A stretch of 64,000 nt of DNA from a virus: positions 1 through 64,000 of IMG/VR virus record IMGVR_UViG_3300018080_000105; one strand, given 5' to 3'. The notes below the pieces were generated by a model that had not been told where the DNA came from, searched no databases, and worked only from the letters and a program-made list of their open reading frames with translations. The translations under genes and the position numbers were made by a program. This document shows, piece by piece, positions 63,380-64,000 of this stretch; position 1 is the first letter of the stretch; every line of letters starts with the position of its first letter.

Positions 63380-64000
63380 TCAAGTACGCCCTAGAAAGGC
63401 GTTCTGCGCTTCAGGTGACATCGCTCGCAATTTTTCCATATTGGCTCGCTGATCGTCCGACAGGAAGGTGCTCCAGACTGACTCTGGCAAAGTCTCCACA
63501 GCCCAGTTTTTCGCACCATCCTTCATCCTATCAAACCAACCTTGTTCGCCAGCATCTGATGTCGCAGGCTGTGGAGCCTGTTCGCCGCTTCCCTGGCTTC
63601 CGAAGAGACCAGAGATCGCGTTCTGTGCTCCTTCACCGAACATCCCCGCACCGGCAGCCGCGGCTCCTGCCCCGCCCAGTCCCAGGGCCGCCATCAGCCA
63701 AGACTCAATCCCGCCATCAGACAACGCACTAATCAACCCGATACCGCCAAGCGTCACGCCGAGCCCAAGTAACCACTTCATTGGCGTGTCCATGTTGTTC
63801 CACATCTCGGGGATCTGTTCCATGCTAAAACCGTTCTTGGCCAGTTCAGCTGTACCAGTTTCCTGCATTCCCGGAGTCATCTCGCCAGTCTCTAACGCTT
63901 TAGCGACTTCCTCGTTGCCCGACCACATGTCTTTGATCTTGGTACCCAAGTCAGTAGCCATCGCCGTCGCTTGCTGCGGCATGGACGCGACGAAATCAGC
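63380..64000 (-). CDS. Glycine-zipper membrane-type protein, probably 5'-truncated by the window edge
   Basis: Frame is open to position 64000; WLLGLGVTLGGIGLISAL and AALGLGGAGAAAAGAG; no Cys in the visible part. Confidence 0.65.
   Translation of the reverse strand, partial: ADFVASMPQQATAMATDLGTKIKDMWSGNEEVAKALETGEMTPGMQETGTAELAKNGFSMEQIPEMWNNMDTPMKWLLGLGVTLGGIGLISALSDGGIESWLMAALGLGGAGAAAAGAGMFGEGAQNAISGLFGSQGSGEQAPQPATSDAGEQGWFDRMKDGAKNWAVETLPESVWSTFLSDDQRANMEKLRAMSPEAQNAFLGRT

Noticed and set aside
63174-63383. 69 aa minus-strand ORF between the last two genes
   Set aside because: TTG start without a clear RBS and no recognisable features; may be real but is unsupported.
237-63732. Many plus-strand ORFs, some long (13300-14400, 19480-20649, 31046-32002, 60320-61306)
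   Set aside because: They lie antisense to well-supported minus-strand genes, lack RBSs and family motifs, and are expected shadows in GC-rich coding DNA.
1-64000. tRNA/rRNA genes, portal, terminase, integrase, alternative genetic code
   Set aside because: No cloverleaf or rRNA-like stretch noticed in the short intergenic gaps; no portal, terminase or integrase motifs; genes tile densely under the standard code. A tRNAscan run was not possible.

Overview
The window is a contiguous piece of a large, GC-rich, contractile-tailed (myovirus-like) phage genome. Essentially every real gene is on the minus strand; the long plus-strand ORFs are antisense shadows. In transcription order (right to left) it holds: (i) accessory and head-cargo genes (2H-phosphoesterase/SET fusion, dNMP-kinase-like protein, HAD fusion, three tandem peptidases of three catalytic classes, two tandem Reb-like paralogues, SNase nuclease, two tandem stand-alone KOW proteins); (ii) a cellular-type two-barrel RNA polymerase, encoded as a beta+beta'(N) fusion (1475 aa) and a separate beta'(C) subunit (631 aa), with an HNH gene and two small genes in the split; (iii) the head module (putative internal proteins, prohead protease, scaffold, decoration, HK97-fold capsid); (iv) a small terminator-bounded accessory island; (v) neck, sheath, tube, spike, chaperones, tape measure and baseplate genes, with a sigma70-family gene inside the baseplate block. 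Portal, terminase and replication genes are not in the window. The most striking signal is a recurrent K-x-A(A/S) motif in head-module and cargo proteins. It falls at domain boundaries of multi-enzyme fusions, and both RNAP subunits and most glycine-zipper proteins lack cysteine. From this I infer a protease-matured, capsid-packaged payload that is injected at infection (virion RNAP, membrane-channel proteins, candidate anti-defence enzymes). All family calls come from motif recognition by eye, with no database search. Several start codons were moved from the supplied ORF track to the nearest RBS-supported start.
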